Made by a program: the position numbers and the translations under genes. From the NCBI GenBank assembly GCA_902826835.1, contig CADEGH010000001.1:290859-354858 (forward strand): a stretch of 64,000 bases of DNA, read 5' to 3'. Of the stretch, positions 1-9,738 are shown piece after piece. Within the stretch, counting starts at the first letter, position 1, and each line of letters begins with the position of its first letter. The notes beneath the pieces were generated by a model that saw only the letters and a program-made list of their open reading frames with translations, was not told the origin of the DNA and did not search any database. This DNA is from an uncultured bacterium. GTDB taxonomy: Bacteria; Planctomycetota; GCA-002687715.

Positions 1-60
1 AGCACCCTACCCGTAATTGGCCGGGCTTGCCGGGAGATCACAACACCCGACTCCCTATGT

Positions 61-3000
61 TCAAGTCCCGAGCTCGGGGGCGGGGAAAGCGACCCGGAAG
101 CCGACGCTGCCGAGCGCCCCGCCCGGGCGGCCCCAGTTCCGCGCCGCGGAGCGACACCCGGCGGCGTCGAGCCTGAAGGAGCCGCCGCGCTGGACGCGCA
201 GGACGGAGCCTTCGACGAGCGGCCCGCGCTTCGGACCTTGAGGATTTGTGAGAGTCCCCGGCGTCGCGGTTGCTGCTCGTAACTTCGGATAGCGCGCGTA
301 CACGTCGGAGCACCACTCCCAGACGAGGCCGTGCATGTCAACAAGGCCGAACGGATTCCGATGGCCCGCCGCTCCAACGTCCTTGCGCGGATCGGATGAG
401 TTTTCGTTGAACCACGCATGTGCGGAGAGCCTCTCGGGGTCGGATCCGAACCAGTAGGGCTCCTCGTTCCCGGCGCGACAGGCGTACTCCCATTCGCTCT
501 CGGTCGGAAGCCGCCCGCCGACCCAAAACGCAAACAGGTAAGCCTCCCACCAGGACACAAAAACCACCGGCCACTTGGCCCCGGCTTCCGGGACTTCAAC
601 TCCCACCAGAGCCGCGAACTGCTCGTTCGTGACCGGAACCTCACCCAGTCGGAACCTCGAAATCTCGACGGGCCAGAGGGGTCCCTCGTTAGCGCTCCGA
701 CCCGGCTCGCCTTCCGGGCTGCCGCGCTGGTAGGTGCCTCCCGGAATGGTCACAGCGTCTACCGCGGCTGACAAAATCGGCAGGTCGGCGGCCGTGAGAA
801 AATTCCGCCGCAAGCGCAGTGTTTCGTCTTCGCTGCCTGGCTCAGCAAGCAGCCCGGCTTCCTGCAAGGCGAAAGCAACATGTCCTTGCCGATCGAGGTC
901 CGGGCGAGGCCAAAAACTCGCACCGCTCTTCTTGCGAGCTGCGACAGCGCTCTCGGCCAGGCTTTTGAGATCAACCAGGTTCTTTGCTCGCCCAGCCCAG
1001 TCCTCAAACTCCTGATCGGAGAGAGCCTCGTAATACTCGACATATCGATCCACCGCTGCGGAGGTATCGAGCCAAGGATCTGCGGCGGGATTCGACTTTG
1101 GTGGGAGATCCTGCAGCTTGGGCACCATCTTAAGAGTTTCGCCGAGGACGGAGGCACGGAGAGGCCTACTCTGCGGATCACGTCGCAGCGATGCGCGGAT
1201 GAGCCGAAGCAGGTCCGTCCCATCCCAGGGCTCCGTCGCGAGGAGTGCCTGCAGGCCCTGCTCGTAGTTCCTCCATGGAGTTTCAGGGATCAGGCTTCGT
1301 AGGAACGCCGAATCCTCAACGCGCGCTCGGATCTCCTCGAAGAAGGACGGAGCATCCTCCAGGCACGCCAGCAGAAACTTCGCCGTGTTCCCGAAGTTCG
1401 CGATCCCGCCCTCTTCGGCCAACTTGCCCAGGAAGATCTCCCGGTCCGCGGGATGCTGCGCCAACCATTCTCCAGCGAGAAACTCGGCGTAGGTCCGGTG
1501 TGTGAACCGCAGATGCACCTGGCTCGACAGCGGTGAGCCTAGGAGCGCGGAGGCCTTGAGATCCGAAACGAGCGTTCGGGAGTCCTCGTGGCTGAGCGTT
1601 GTGCCGGAATCGCGCGCCCACGCCTGCAACTCCTTGCGTACCAGGTCTTCGCTGAGGGATGGATGTCCGTCGCGCAGCACCGTCCAGGCAAGTCGACGCA
1701 TGATTTGCCGCAATGAGGACACCTCCCACTTGCGGTGCTCCAGCCGCCGTGGATCGTGCGCCGCGTTGAGGAGGCGGTTCAAAGTGAAGTCGTAGAGTTC
1801 CCGCAGGCTCGATGGCAAACCCTTTCCCGGCGCCTGAATCACATGCTCCGCGAGGATCGTGAGAAAGAGAGGGTTCCCCAGTCGTTCGCCGAGCGTGGGA
1901 TCCTCCTGCGCAACGCCCAGGAGCGATTGGGAACCTGGAACACGCTCCGCCAGACGAGCCCAGAGTTCAGCTTGGTCGGTTTCATCCAGAGGGTCTAACT
2001 GGAGGTGTGCCCAACCGTCGAGGCGACGGTCTTCGTTGCTGCGCATGCCCTGCACTTTCCCGGGCACGTCATAGCCAGTAGGGCGAGTGGTCGCGACGAT
2101 CGTGAGGCCGGGGAAATCCCGGAGATACGTCGGCTCCTCTTGGTCGCCAGAGTCGAGGCTACGGAATCGCAGCGACGTCTTGCGCCTCTCCCACAGCTTG
2201 GCGTCGACCTCATCGATGCCGTCGAGGAACAGCCAGATCCGGCCATCGTGAGCCTCGTGGCGAAGCACCTCGGCCAGTTCCGTGGCATGCTCGTGGCCAA
2301 TTTCTCCCTCCGTGGCGCGCGCCGCCTGATCGAAGGCGTCGCCCTCCTCCCATTCCGCGAGAGCTACTAGGATGGGCAACGGGCAAGTCGCGCGATTTTC
2401 CTCACGGAGAAACTCCAGTGTGATCGCCTGCAGAAGACTCGTCTTCCCCGCCCCAGGCTCGCCAAGAACAACCCACGCGCGATTCGATTGTTGGTCTTTC
2501 GCCTGTGCCGCTTCAATCGCGAGCACAAGCGGGCCGCTCGTCGGTTCGACTGGGCTCGATGCGGGACCTTCCGAACTCAACGTCGGAGTCACCCAAACTT
2601 CGGCCAGCGTCTTCCGGGCCCCCTCCGGCACATTCAATTCCTTGCTCAGGCTTCGCCGTAAGTGATCCCGGTACTTCTCCAGCAGCTTCCGGCGGCGGTC
2701 ATCCTCCTTCTGCTTCTGTGTCCGGCGCTCCGCGAGCCACTCCGACAGGCCCTCACTCACCAGAGCATTGGCCCCCGGCGGCTTCGCAATCACCCCCTGA
2801 ATAGACTCCAACCTCGCCCTGGCCTCCGCCAAACCAACTCCGAGAGCCGACACGACCGCGAGGATCTCGTTCTGCCCACGGTCGAGATCGGCGAGCGCCC
2901 CGCGAAGAAGCTGGAGGCTCTTCTCCCGCCATCTCTGCACCAGCACGTCATTGCTGGCGACCAAAGCCTGGACGTAGCGCGGATACTGCGTGGCGAGGAA

Positions 3001-3504
3001 GGCGGAGAGCGACTCGAGATCTCCTTGCCGCGCCGGATCAGAGAATTCCCGGATACCTTCGTCGTAGTCGCAGAGCAGTTCTCGGAACACCAGCTCCAGT
3101 CGCGCGGAACCGACATCCTCGGAAAAACGGGTGGACTCTGCGATGGACTGGAGTTCCAGCGCCGATCCCGAGGCCGGCAGGAGCCACTCCTTACCACGAT
3201 CCGCCAACTGCTTGAGACCTACTCGGTAGGCTCCAAACCGCACATCCCCGCTGGCCTCCTCCAGGGTGCCGATCAGAGCGTCCAGGGCCACCTCCCCCGC
3301 GGAGCGCAGGTGACTGCGCAGATCGGCCCATCGCCGCGAGCGCTTGGCGGCCTCGGTCCACAGGGTTGTCAAGAAGTTCCCAGCGACGCCTGCAAGTGCG
3401 CTACCAATGGCAGCAGCCGGACCGCCTGATAGCGCGCCCGATGCGCACGAGGACACAACCACGCCCAAGAGAGGGCCCACGCTGGCCTTCATGCCGTTCT
3501 TCAT
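61..3504 (-). CDS. NACHT-family STAND NTPase (NLR-like) with C-terminal FGE-sulfatase/SUMF1-like domain and Gly/Ala-rich hydrophobic N-terminal domain
   Basis: Walker A VVLGEPGAGKTSLLQ and NACHT-type Walker B IWLFLDGIDEV (hhhhDGxDE). The C-terminal 250 aa carries FGE-sulfatase family motifs (RLPTESEWEYACRAG, GLVDMHGLVWEWCSD, RVQRGGSF). The N-terminus GPLLGVVVSSCASGALSGGPAAAIGSALAGVAGNFLTTLW is glycine-zipper-like and hydrophobic. Confidence 0.75.
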   Translation of the reverse strand: MKNGMKASVGPLLGVVVSSCASGALSGGPAAAIGSALAGVAGNFLTTLWTEAAKRSRRWADLRSHLRSAGEVALDALIGTLEEASGDVRFGAYRVGLKQLADRGKEWLLPASGSALELQSIAESTRFSEDVGSARLELVFRELLCDYDEGIREFSDPARQGDLESLSAFLATQYPRYVQALVASNDVLVQRWREKSLQLLRGALADLDRGQNEILAVVSALGVGLAEARARLESIQGVIAKPPGANALVSEGLSEWLAERRTQKQKEDDRRRKLLEKYRDHLRRSLSKELNVPEGARKTLAEVWVTPTLSSEGPASSPVEPTSGPLVLAIEAAQAKDQQSNRAWVVLGEPGAGKTSLLQAITLEFLREENRATCPLPILVALAEWEEGDAFDQAARATEGEIGHEHATELAEVLRHEAHDGRIWLFLDGIDEVDAKLWERRKTSLRFRSLDSGDQEEPTYLRDFPGLTIVATTRPTGYDVPGKVQGMRSNEDRRLDGWAHLQLDPLDETDQAELWARLAERVPGSQSLLGVAQEDPTLGERLGNPLFLTILAEHVIQAPGKGLPSSLRELYDFTLNRLLNAAHDPRRLEHRKWEVSSLRQIMRRLAWTVLRDGHPSLSEDLVRKELQAWARDSGTTLSHEDSRTLVSDLKASALLGSPLSSQVHLRFTHRTYAEFLAGEWLAQHPADREIFLGKLAEEGGIANFGNTAKFLLACLEDAPSFFEEIRARVEDSAFLRSLIPETPWRNYEQGLQALLATEPWDGTDLLRLIRASLRRDPQSRPLRASVLGETLKMVPKLQDLPPKSNPAADPWLDTSAAVDRYVEYYEALSDQEFEDWAGRAKNLVDLKSLAESAVAARKKSGASFWPRPDLDRQGHVAFALQEAGLLAEPGSEDETLRLRRNFLTAADLPILSAAVDAVTIPGGTYQRGSPEGEPGRSANEGPLWPVEISRFRLGEVPVTNEQFAALVGVEVPEAGAKWPVVFVSWWEAYLFAFWVGGRLPTESEWEYACRAGNEEPYWFGSDPERLSAHAWFNENSSDPRKDVGAAGHRNPFGLVDMHGLVWEWCSDVYARYPKLRAATATPGTLTNPQGPKRGPLVEGSVLRVQRGGSFRLDAAGCRSAARNWGRPGGALGSVGFRVAFPAPELGT

Positions 3505-3586
3505 GACGGCGAGATCATAGTCTCCACGTCAGACGCTGTCGAGCCTGGTCAGTTTGCGCGCCTGGGCCAGCGGGAGAGCGAAGGGA

Positions 3587-4513
3587 TCAGAAGTTCAGGG
3601 TGAGCGAGAGAGCGAGGAAGGGGGCGACTTGGGCTTTGAAGGTGTCACCGTGGTTGCCGTTTTGGTCGGCAATGTCGATTTGGCGCCAGAGGTCGAGGCC
3701 GGCTTCGAGGGCGAGGTCGAGGGTGGAATTGGGCGAATAACCGACACGGAGGAAGGCGGAGAGACGTTTGTCTTCGATGATGCCGTGGCCGCGGCTCGGA
3801 GTGTCGGCGAGGCGGAAACGCGTGCCGTCAATTTCGGCTCCCACGCCGAAGCTCCATTCGGGGTCGGGCTGGTAGCGAAGGTCGAAACGAAGACCTTCGA
3901 GGGTCGCCCGCCAGGTTTCGCTGATCTTCCAGTCGAATTGGATCGCGGGAAAAACCCGGAAGTCGTCTTCGAAGGGCGCGAGGGCGACGGCGCCGAAGCC
4001 GATGCGCAAGTCGTCGTTCACTCGATAACCGGCCCCGCCCAAGAAGAGGCCGGAGATTCCGTCTTCGAGATCAGCGTCGACCGCCGCGCTGGCTTTTGCA
4101 GTGGCACCCACGAAGACCGCCCAATCGCGCGATACCGCCTGCAAGACCTGCACCCCGAAATCGACGGAATGGACATCACGCCACGGCCGATCGAGCATAG
4201 GGATGAAGGGCTGATTGTCATCGAAGTCGTAGCGCCGATGCTCGTGGCCAAGCGAAAATCCGAGTTGCCCCCCCCTCCAGAGTCGCCCATCGAGACTCAC
4301 TTCGGTCTCGGTGATCCAGGTGTCGAGTTCCCCTTCGGCGTCGTCCAATTCTGCCCCGGCCACGAAGGCGCTGCGAACCTCCACCATCGCCTTCCACAGA
4401 TCCGAGGACGGAGAGGGCGGGCCTCCCTCCTGCGCGAAGAAGGGTGCCGCAGCCGTGGCGATCACGATGAGCGCGGCCATGCTCTGGCGGATCGGGAGTG
4501 GGTTGAAGTTCAT
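3587..4513 (-). CDS. outer membrane beta-barrel protein (signal peptide, C-terminal Phe)
   Basis: Signal peptide MNFNPLPIRQSMAALIVIATAAAPFFAQ. Alternating hydrophobic beta-strand pattern. Terminal ...ALSLTLNF, typical of OMP barrels. The ATG at 4511-4513 was checked on the minus strand. Confidence 0.6.
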   Translation of the reverse strand: MNFNPLPIRQSMAALIVIATAAAPFFAQEGGPPSPSSDLWKAMVEVRSAFVAGAELDDAEGELDTWITETEVSLDGRLWRGGQLGFSLGHEHRRYDFDDNQPFIPMLDRPWRDVHSVDFGVQVLQAVSRDWAVFVGATAKASAAVDADLEDGISGLFLGGAGYRVNDDLRIGFGAVALAPFEDDFRVFPAIQFDWKISETWRATLEGLRFDLRYQPDPEWSFGVGAEIDGTRFRLADTPSRGHGIIEDKRLSAFLRVGYSPNSTLDLALEAGLDLWRQIDIADQNGNHGDTFKAQVAPFLALSLTLNF

Positions 4514-4726
4514 GCGCCATGCTCGCGCCGCGACTCGGCACGGACAAGCATCGTCGAGAACCACCATCACTGTCTTGGACGAACGTCGAACCAAGCGCCG
4601 CGAGCGTCCAGGTCATCGCCCAAATCCAGTGCAATGATCCGTGGAGATGCCATGAAAGTCCCGATACGACGGGCTCCTCATGACGGGTATGCCCACGAAT
4701 CGCGCCGCCCGCCCCTTACACCCGCC

Positions 4727-7414
4727 TCAACGGCATTCCGCCAAGACGAGCATCAGGCGCTCGCGCCACGCACCCGGGGGGACGATCTCGAGGACCCGTT
4801 CGAGCTTGGCCGCAAAATCGAGCCGTTTGGCCGGGAACAACTTGATCGCGGCACTATCGTCCAACGCGGCCGCGACTCCCTCCAGCTCCCTCAGGAAAGA
4901 GAAATCCGAATCGCGAGGCAGCTCATCCTGCGGATGACCTTCCTCGGGAACAAACCGGCCAGAGAGTGTCACATCCGCCCACGAGGAATTGGCAATCTCG
5001 ACATAGACCTTGTCCTCATCCCCCCGGCGAATCGGAATCCGTACGTGGACTTGCGCCTGAATCGGCATCCCCTCCACCGCAACGGATTCGACTCCGCGGT
5101 CCAATCCAAACCAATGGAATTGGGTTTGCTGGCCCTTGACTTTCGGGTCCTCGAAGACATGAGCCAGCGGTCGGCCATTGACCCAGAGGGTGAATTCTCC
5201 ATGCCCGTTCGAATCACCCTTCACGTACGCCTGATAGGCAATTCTCTCGACGAGATAGACCCGTCCCTGCGGCACGAATCCTCCCGATGCACGCGCGGTA
5301 TGCCGGTCGTTGATGTCCGGAATCGCCCGCAAGTCCCGCGACTGACTCGCCTCGGAATCACCGTCGACGTTGGTCCTTCCACGGAGAGAGATGCGGTACC
5401 CGTTCCCACCCCCCGCTCCGCCATGAATCTGCAATCGCGCTACCGGAGACTCCATCCCGACCTGGTCCCGCTCCAAGGCCGCTCGGACGACCTTGGGGTC
5501 GGCAATTTTCACCCAGGAGAAGATCATCGACTCCCCGTGGACAATCTCCTCGGGGCGCATCAAGATCCACAGTTCCGAATCGCTGTCGGAGGTGTGAATC
5601 AAGAAGGTATGGCCTACCTTCGGGACCGCAGACTCGGCTCCTACCCCCGGATCCACGCGCCCGGCTCGGATACTGGCCCAGTCCACGGTGCCCAAGTCTC
5701 GAATGACGCTCACGTCGTCGACCACCATCCTCACGTCGATGGTGGCTAGTTCGCCTCCCGAACTGAGACAGAAGTCCCAGTCGTTGCGGGTCTTTTTCAC
5801 ATCGTCGCGGGTGGCATGTTCGAAGCTGTAAGTGGAGACGATGTAGCCCTCCGGGCTACCCATGGCACTGGCATAGTCGCGGTTGAGCACCGCCGACACC
5901 ATCACGTCTGGTCCATCCTTGGCACGGATTTCCGGAGTCAACGCGGCGGCACGCTGATCCAGTTCGGCCAGCCGACGGAAGAACGGACCGGTTCTTTCCC
6001 GATACTCTCGGTCCGCGGCTGCCGCCATCTCCGTTCCGAGGCGAGCCAGCGCCTGCGAATCGACTTCGATCCCATGACTGATAAGGTCGCCTCGACCATC
6101 CGTGAACTCCGGCCGCTCGGCTCGGTACGAGTAGCGAATGGTGATCGAATCGCGAGCCGATCCGCGCCGATTCTCTCCACGACGCACGATTGCCATCGCT
6201 ACCCAGCCTCCCTCCCTGACCTGGAGGAGAAATGCGTCGGAATGCGGCGTGCTACGGCCGGTGGCATTGGATCGCAAGCCGACGGACTCCGGTTCGGCGC
6301 GCACCACCGCCCGGGCGAGCGCGGCCGCAAACTTCAATTCGGGCAACGGCTCCGTGAAAACTTCGAGATTCGTGATGCGGCCGCCCGGCGTCGCGAGTGC
6401 GACAGTGCTGAGTCCACCGGCACTGGAACTGAATACGAGATCGGAGTTCTCCAGGTCCGCCGTCACTTCCTTGGTCGTGAATGAGTAGCCCTGATTACAG
6501 CAAAAAGAGAATTCTCCTTCGAAATCGAGCGAGTCGTTGGCCAGACCTTCGGGCCTCCTCGCGTCGAAGGCACGCGACTGGACCTCGACGCGGCCTTCGC
6601 GCGTCGGAACGGGACTGCCGGAAGCGGCATGTCGGCCTTCGACAGGCTCTGACGTGAGTAATGAGGCGGCGGTGGCCCCCTGATTGCCTGCACCGATGGA
6701 CGGAGTCTTGATTGACGACCCCGGGAGAGAAAGCAACCTCTCGCCGACGACCACACTTCCGACCGCCAACATCAGTGCCGCCGCACCCACCCACACCTTG
6801 GCGGCACTCGCCGTGACTCCCGCGGACGCGGATGTCGCGACCGTTGCCGCCAGCCCCGACTCCACGCCGGCAAACGCTGCCACCGACGAGACCCATGCCT
6901 CGCGGCGCCCACCATGCCGCTGATCCAAGTCGTGCCGGAGCCGTTCGAGGCCGCGCTTGGTCCGAGTCCGGATGGTCTCGACGGGCACTCCGGACTCCCG
7001 GGCAATCTCCGCCGCCTCTTTCCCCTCCACGTATCGCCGCCAGACCGCGGTGCGGTACGGCTCTTCCAGGCCTTTGACGGCCGCCAGGAGCTTCTCGTGG
7101 GTCTCCAGACTGGACGCGATATCGACGGGGTTCATAGGGGATTCGGCTCCGGCGACCTCGGCCTCGTGAGCACCGCGGCGCACCTGCGCGCGCCGCGCTT
7201 CCAGCGCCTTCTTGCGGACGACACCCTTGAGCCAGGCCCCCCAATGGCGGACCGAGCCCGACCTCTCCCGCAGGCCGAATAGCAGGGACTCCGAAACGAC
7301 GTCGTCGGGATCGACCCCGACACCGACGATGCGAGCCGCCAGCCGGCGAAGGCTGTCCAACCCGGACAAGTCCGGCAATTCACTCTTAGTATCGTTCAAC
7401 TTCCTGGTGTTCAT
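4727..7414 (-). CDS. ECF (group IV) sigma-70 factor fused to a transmembrane segment and a 650-aa C-terminal extracytoplasmic extension
   Basis: Region 2 (DPDDVVSESLLFGLRE...WLKGVVRKKALEARR) and region 4 HTH (EPYRTAVWRRYVEGKEAAEIARESGVPVETIRTRTKRGLERLR) lie in the first 180 aa. A hydrophobic Ala/Val-rich TM segment follows, then a long domain of unknown function. Confidence 0.7.
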   Translation of the reverse strand: MNTRKLNDTKSELPDLSGLDSLRRLAARIVGVGVDPDDVVSESLLFGLRERSGSVRHWGAWLKGVVRKKALEARRAQVRRGAHEAEVAGAESPMNPVDIASSLETHEKLLAAVKGLEEPYRTAVWRRYVEGKEAAEIARESGVPVETIRTRTKRGLERLRHDLDQRHGGRREAWVSSVAAFAGVESGLAATVATSASAGVTASAAKVWVGAAALMLAVGSVVVGERLLSLPGSSIKTPSIGAGNQGATAASLLTSEPVEGRHAASGSPVPTREGRVEVQSRAFDARRPEGLANDSLDFEGEFSFCCNQGYSFTTKEVTADLENSDLVFSSSAGGLSTVALATPGGRITNLEVFTEPLPELKFAAALARAVVRAEPESVGLRSNATGRSTPHSDAFLLQVREGGWVAMAIVRRGENRRGSARDSITIRYSYRAERPEFTDGRGDLISHGIEVDSQALARLGTEMAAAADREYRERTGPFFRRLAELDQRAAALTPEIRAKDGPDVMVSAVLNRDYASAMGSPEGYIVSTYSFEHATRDDVKKTRNDWDFCLSSGGELATIDVRMVVDDVSVIRDLGTVDWASIRAGRVDPGVGAESAVPKVGHTFLIHTSDSDSELWILMRPEEIVHGESMIFSWVKIADPKVVRAALERDQVGMESPVARLQIHGGAGGGNGYRISLRGRTNVDGDSEASQSRDLRAIPDINDRHTARASGGFVPQGRVYLVERIAYQAYVKGDSNGHGEFTLWVNGRPLAHVFEDPKVKGQQTQFHWFGLDRGVESVAVEGMPIQAQVHVRIPIRRGDEDKVYVEIANSSWADVTLSGRFVPEEGHPQDELPRDSDFSFLRELEGVAAALDDSAAIKLFPAKRLDFAAKLERVLEIVPPGAWRERLMLVLAECR

Positions 7415-7675
7415 GGCTTCGTATTCAAGTGGCCGCCCGAGCCCGGAGTGGTTCAGCTTTTTCTCGAAGCCTTGGCTGGCTGGTTCTAAGACAGGGGACG
7501 CTCCGCTCCGGCGGGCTTCCAGGAAGTGGCCCCGGCGGCCATGGCCAGTCTACAAGGCTCCATGTGGGGAGCGGGGACGCCAGGCAAGCCCTCTTTCACT
7601 CGTGCCCGGCCAAGCCGGCCCGGGCGCCGCTCCCCATCGCTGGCGACCTCGGTTACGCACCAGGCGGCAGGAGAC

Positions 7676-9370
7676 TCAAAGGTCGAGTTCGAGTCGGAGG
7701 CGGGTCGTCATGTCTCCGAGGGCGACGTTGTTGATCACCGAGAATCCCTGCATGTACCACTCGGACTCATAGCCGGAGATGGCCGGATCGACCGTCCAAT
7801 TCCAGGTGTTGATGCCAGTGGGCGAAGAGCCGTTGAAGATCAAGGCGGTGTCGCCGGGATTAGAGAAGTCGACGAGGAAGTTCCCGTAACGCACCCGGAA
7901 GGTGTGCTGGTAGACCGGATCGGTGGAGTGCGTACTCCAGAGGTAGACTCCGCAGCGATCCGCCGGTCTCGTGGTCAGGGTCAATTGAATGGTCGCCGGC
8001 AAGCCGCCGCTGTGAATGGTCCCGAACGAGTCGATCGGACCGGACGCGAAGAAGTCGATCACCTCGACCTTGACTTCGTCGGCCCCGACATCGACGGCCG
8101 CGACTCCGTTCTTGTCGAAGTCGTCCATCCGGGGCCAGTTGAGATCGAACTCGTTGCCGAGATCGGCGCGCACCACGAAGGACGGGAGGGTGAGCGTGTT
8201 TCCCGGGACGACGTACCCGTTGACACCACGCTCGACGTTGGGGCTCGTGGTGAGGAGATGAAGGTCGGGACTCGTCGGGTTGGAATTCACGAACCCCGGA
8301 TTCGTCGTGTATTCCGATGCGACCGGGTTGGCAGAGACGTTGTTCGTGTCTCGAACCACGGTGACCGATGACGACTGGTTTTGAATGTCGGTCCCCGCCG
8401 GATTCCAGATGATGTTGTTGGCGATCGTGACGGTCTGTGGAGAAGATCCGTCGATCAGGATCCCGAACACGGATTGACCGAGACTGTGGGGCCGCCCGAA
8501 AGCGATGGTGTTGTTGACGATTCTGGTCTCACAATTGGTGGTTTGAATCTGAACTTCCGCCCCCCACAGCATGTTGGAGAACACCCGGGGTTGGGATGCT
8601 TCCGGGGCGGCGTAGTTGAAGCAGATCAAGTTGTACTCGTGTTCGATGAACTCGTTCGCCCGGAGCAAGGTCGAACTTTCCCCGCGGTTGATCAGAAGTA
8701 CGCCGCCGCTGACGTTGAATCCAAACAACCGGTTCTGTTCGATCACATGCCGGTCGCGCCATCCTTCGTTGGTATTCACTTGGATCGCCCACATGCACTC
8801 TCTCGTTGTGCAGCGACGGATTTCGACGGCCTCGGGGGTGGCGAGGGGCTGACTCCCAAACTGCCCGAGGTCCAACCGGATCGCCGCGCCGGCGAAGCCG
8901 TTGCGGATTTCTAGGCCCTGCAGAATCGAAGACGGGGTCGCCCCCGCCGGACCCGAGGCCACACCGGGATCCACGCAGAGCAAGACTTCACTGGAACCCT
9001 GGCCGTCGATCAGAACGCCGGGGGCATGGGCTTCCAGGCAGAGGCCTCGAGCCGGGAAGAAGATCGGAAAGAACTCCCCGAGGGCGCTGTCGTAGACACC
9101 GGGCATCACATTGACGGTCACCGGAATCCCCGCACTCAACGCTGCCGCGGCTTGGCCAAGGGCGTAGGTGATCGTCCGAAAGGGGGCGGCAAAGCTCCCG
9201 CCCGAAGGCACGTCGATTCCGGAGACGGCAGAGACGTAAAGACGAGATCCGCCGTCCCACGGTCCGAGCGCGCCTCCTTGAGCGAGCCCGGCGACCGCGA
9301 GGCAGAACAGACTGGCCGCAAGTCTTGGGCAGCGGCCGATTGGAACTGGAACTGCTTTCATGTTCTTCAC
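7676..9370 (-). CDS. secreted right-handed parallel beta-helix repeat protein (pectate-lyase-fold-like)
   Basis: N-terminal signal peptide (RLAASLFCLAVAGLAQGGA). Repeated NxxG / VxxN beta-helix-like segments, rich in Asn/Gly/Thr. The fold call is tentative. Confidence 0.55.
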   Translation of the reverse strand: MKNMKAVPVPIGRCPRLAASLFCLAVAGLAQGGALGPWDGGSRLYVSAVSGIDVPSGGSFAAPFRTITYALGQAAAALSAGIPVTVNVMPGVYDSALGEFFPIFFPARGLCLEAHAPGVLIDGQGSSEVLLCVDPGVASGPAGATPSSILQGLEIRNGFAGAAIRLDLGQFGSQPLATPEAVEIRRCTTRECMWAIQVNTNEGWRDRHVIEQNRLFGFNVSGGVLLINRGESSTLLRANEFIEHEYNLICFNYAAPEASQPRVFSNMLWGAEVQIQTTNCETRIVNNTIAFGRPHSLGQSVFGILIDGSSPQTVTIANNIIWNPAGTDIQNQSSSVTVVRDTNNVSANPVASEYTTNPGFVNSNPTSPDLHLLTTSPNVERGVNGYVVPGNTLTLPSFVVRADLGNEFDLNWPRMDDFDKNGVAAVDVGADEVKVEVIDFFASGPIDSFGTIHSGGLPATIQLTLTTRPADRCGVYLWSTHSTDPVYQHTFRVRYGNFLVDFSNPGDTALIFNGSSPTGINTWNWTVDPAISGYESEWYMQGFSVINNVALGDMTTRLRLELDL

Positions 9371-9738
9371 TACCTGGGTGGTTGAGAGGCCGGAAAGTCG
9401 ACCTCGTCCCCCTGGCGGAGCAAGCCCGCGGGTGTGTCTCGAAAAAACTCGCGGACGAAAAAGTCGGCGGCCAGAAAAATCCTCCTAAATCCGAGAAACA
9501 CCTGCCTCCCGTTGTCGCCATGGTCGCCGCTTTGGTTCGAACGAACGGCTCACGTCGAGCCGGTTTGAATCGCAACCACCACTTGACCAGGAGCGCAGCG
9601 TTGTCCGAAGTCGTCCACGGGAGCGGCCAAGACGAACTCATCGCTGCCGAACCGATCCTGGGGCCGAGCGCAGTACCAGCGCGGCACCGGACGTCGACGC
9701 GGTTCCGTGCGAGTCGGATCGGCTACGATCTCGTCTCC

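Noticed and set aside
3554-5749. 731-aa ORF on the + strand
   Set aside because: It lies antisense to the OMP and ECF-sigma genes, which have clear signal-peptide, beta-barrel and sigma motifs. Its translation is low-complexity (Gly/Arg/Glu-rich). Long shadow ORFs are expected at about 68% GC.
7526-8371. 281-aa ORF on the + strand
   Set aside because: Antisense to the secreted beta-helix gene. No motifs. Composition typical of a GC-rich shadow frame.
9371-9738. searched for an ECF-type autoregulated promoter (GGAAC-N16-CGTC-like) upstream of the ECF sigma gene
   Set aside because: Only loose matches (for example GAACGAACGG…CGTCGAG) with wrong spacing. I cannot support a promoter call by eye.
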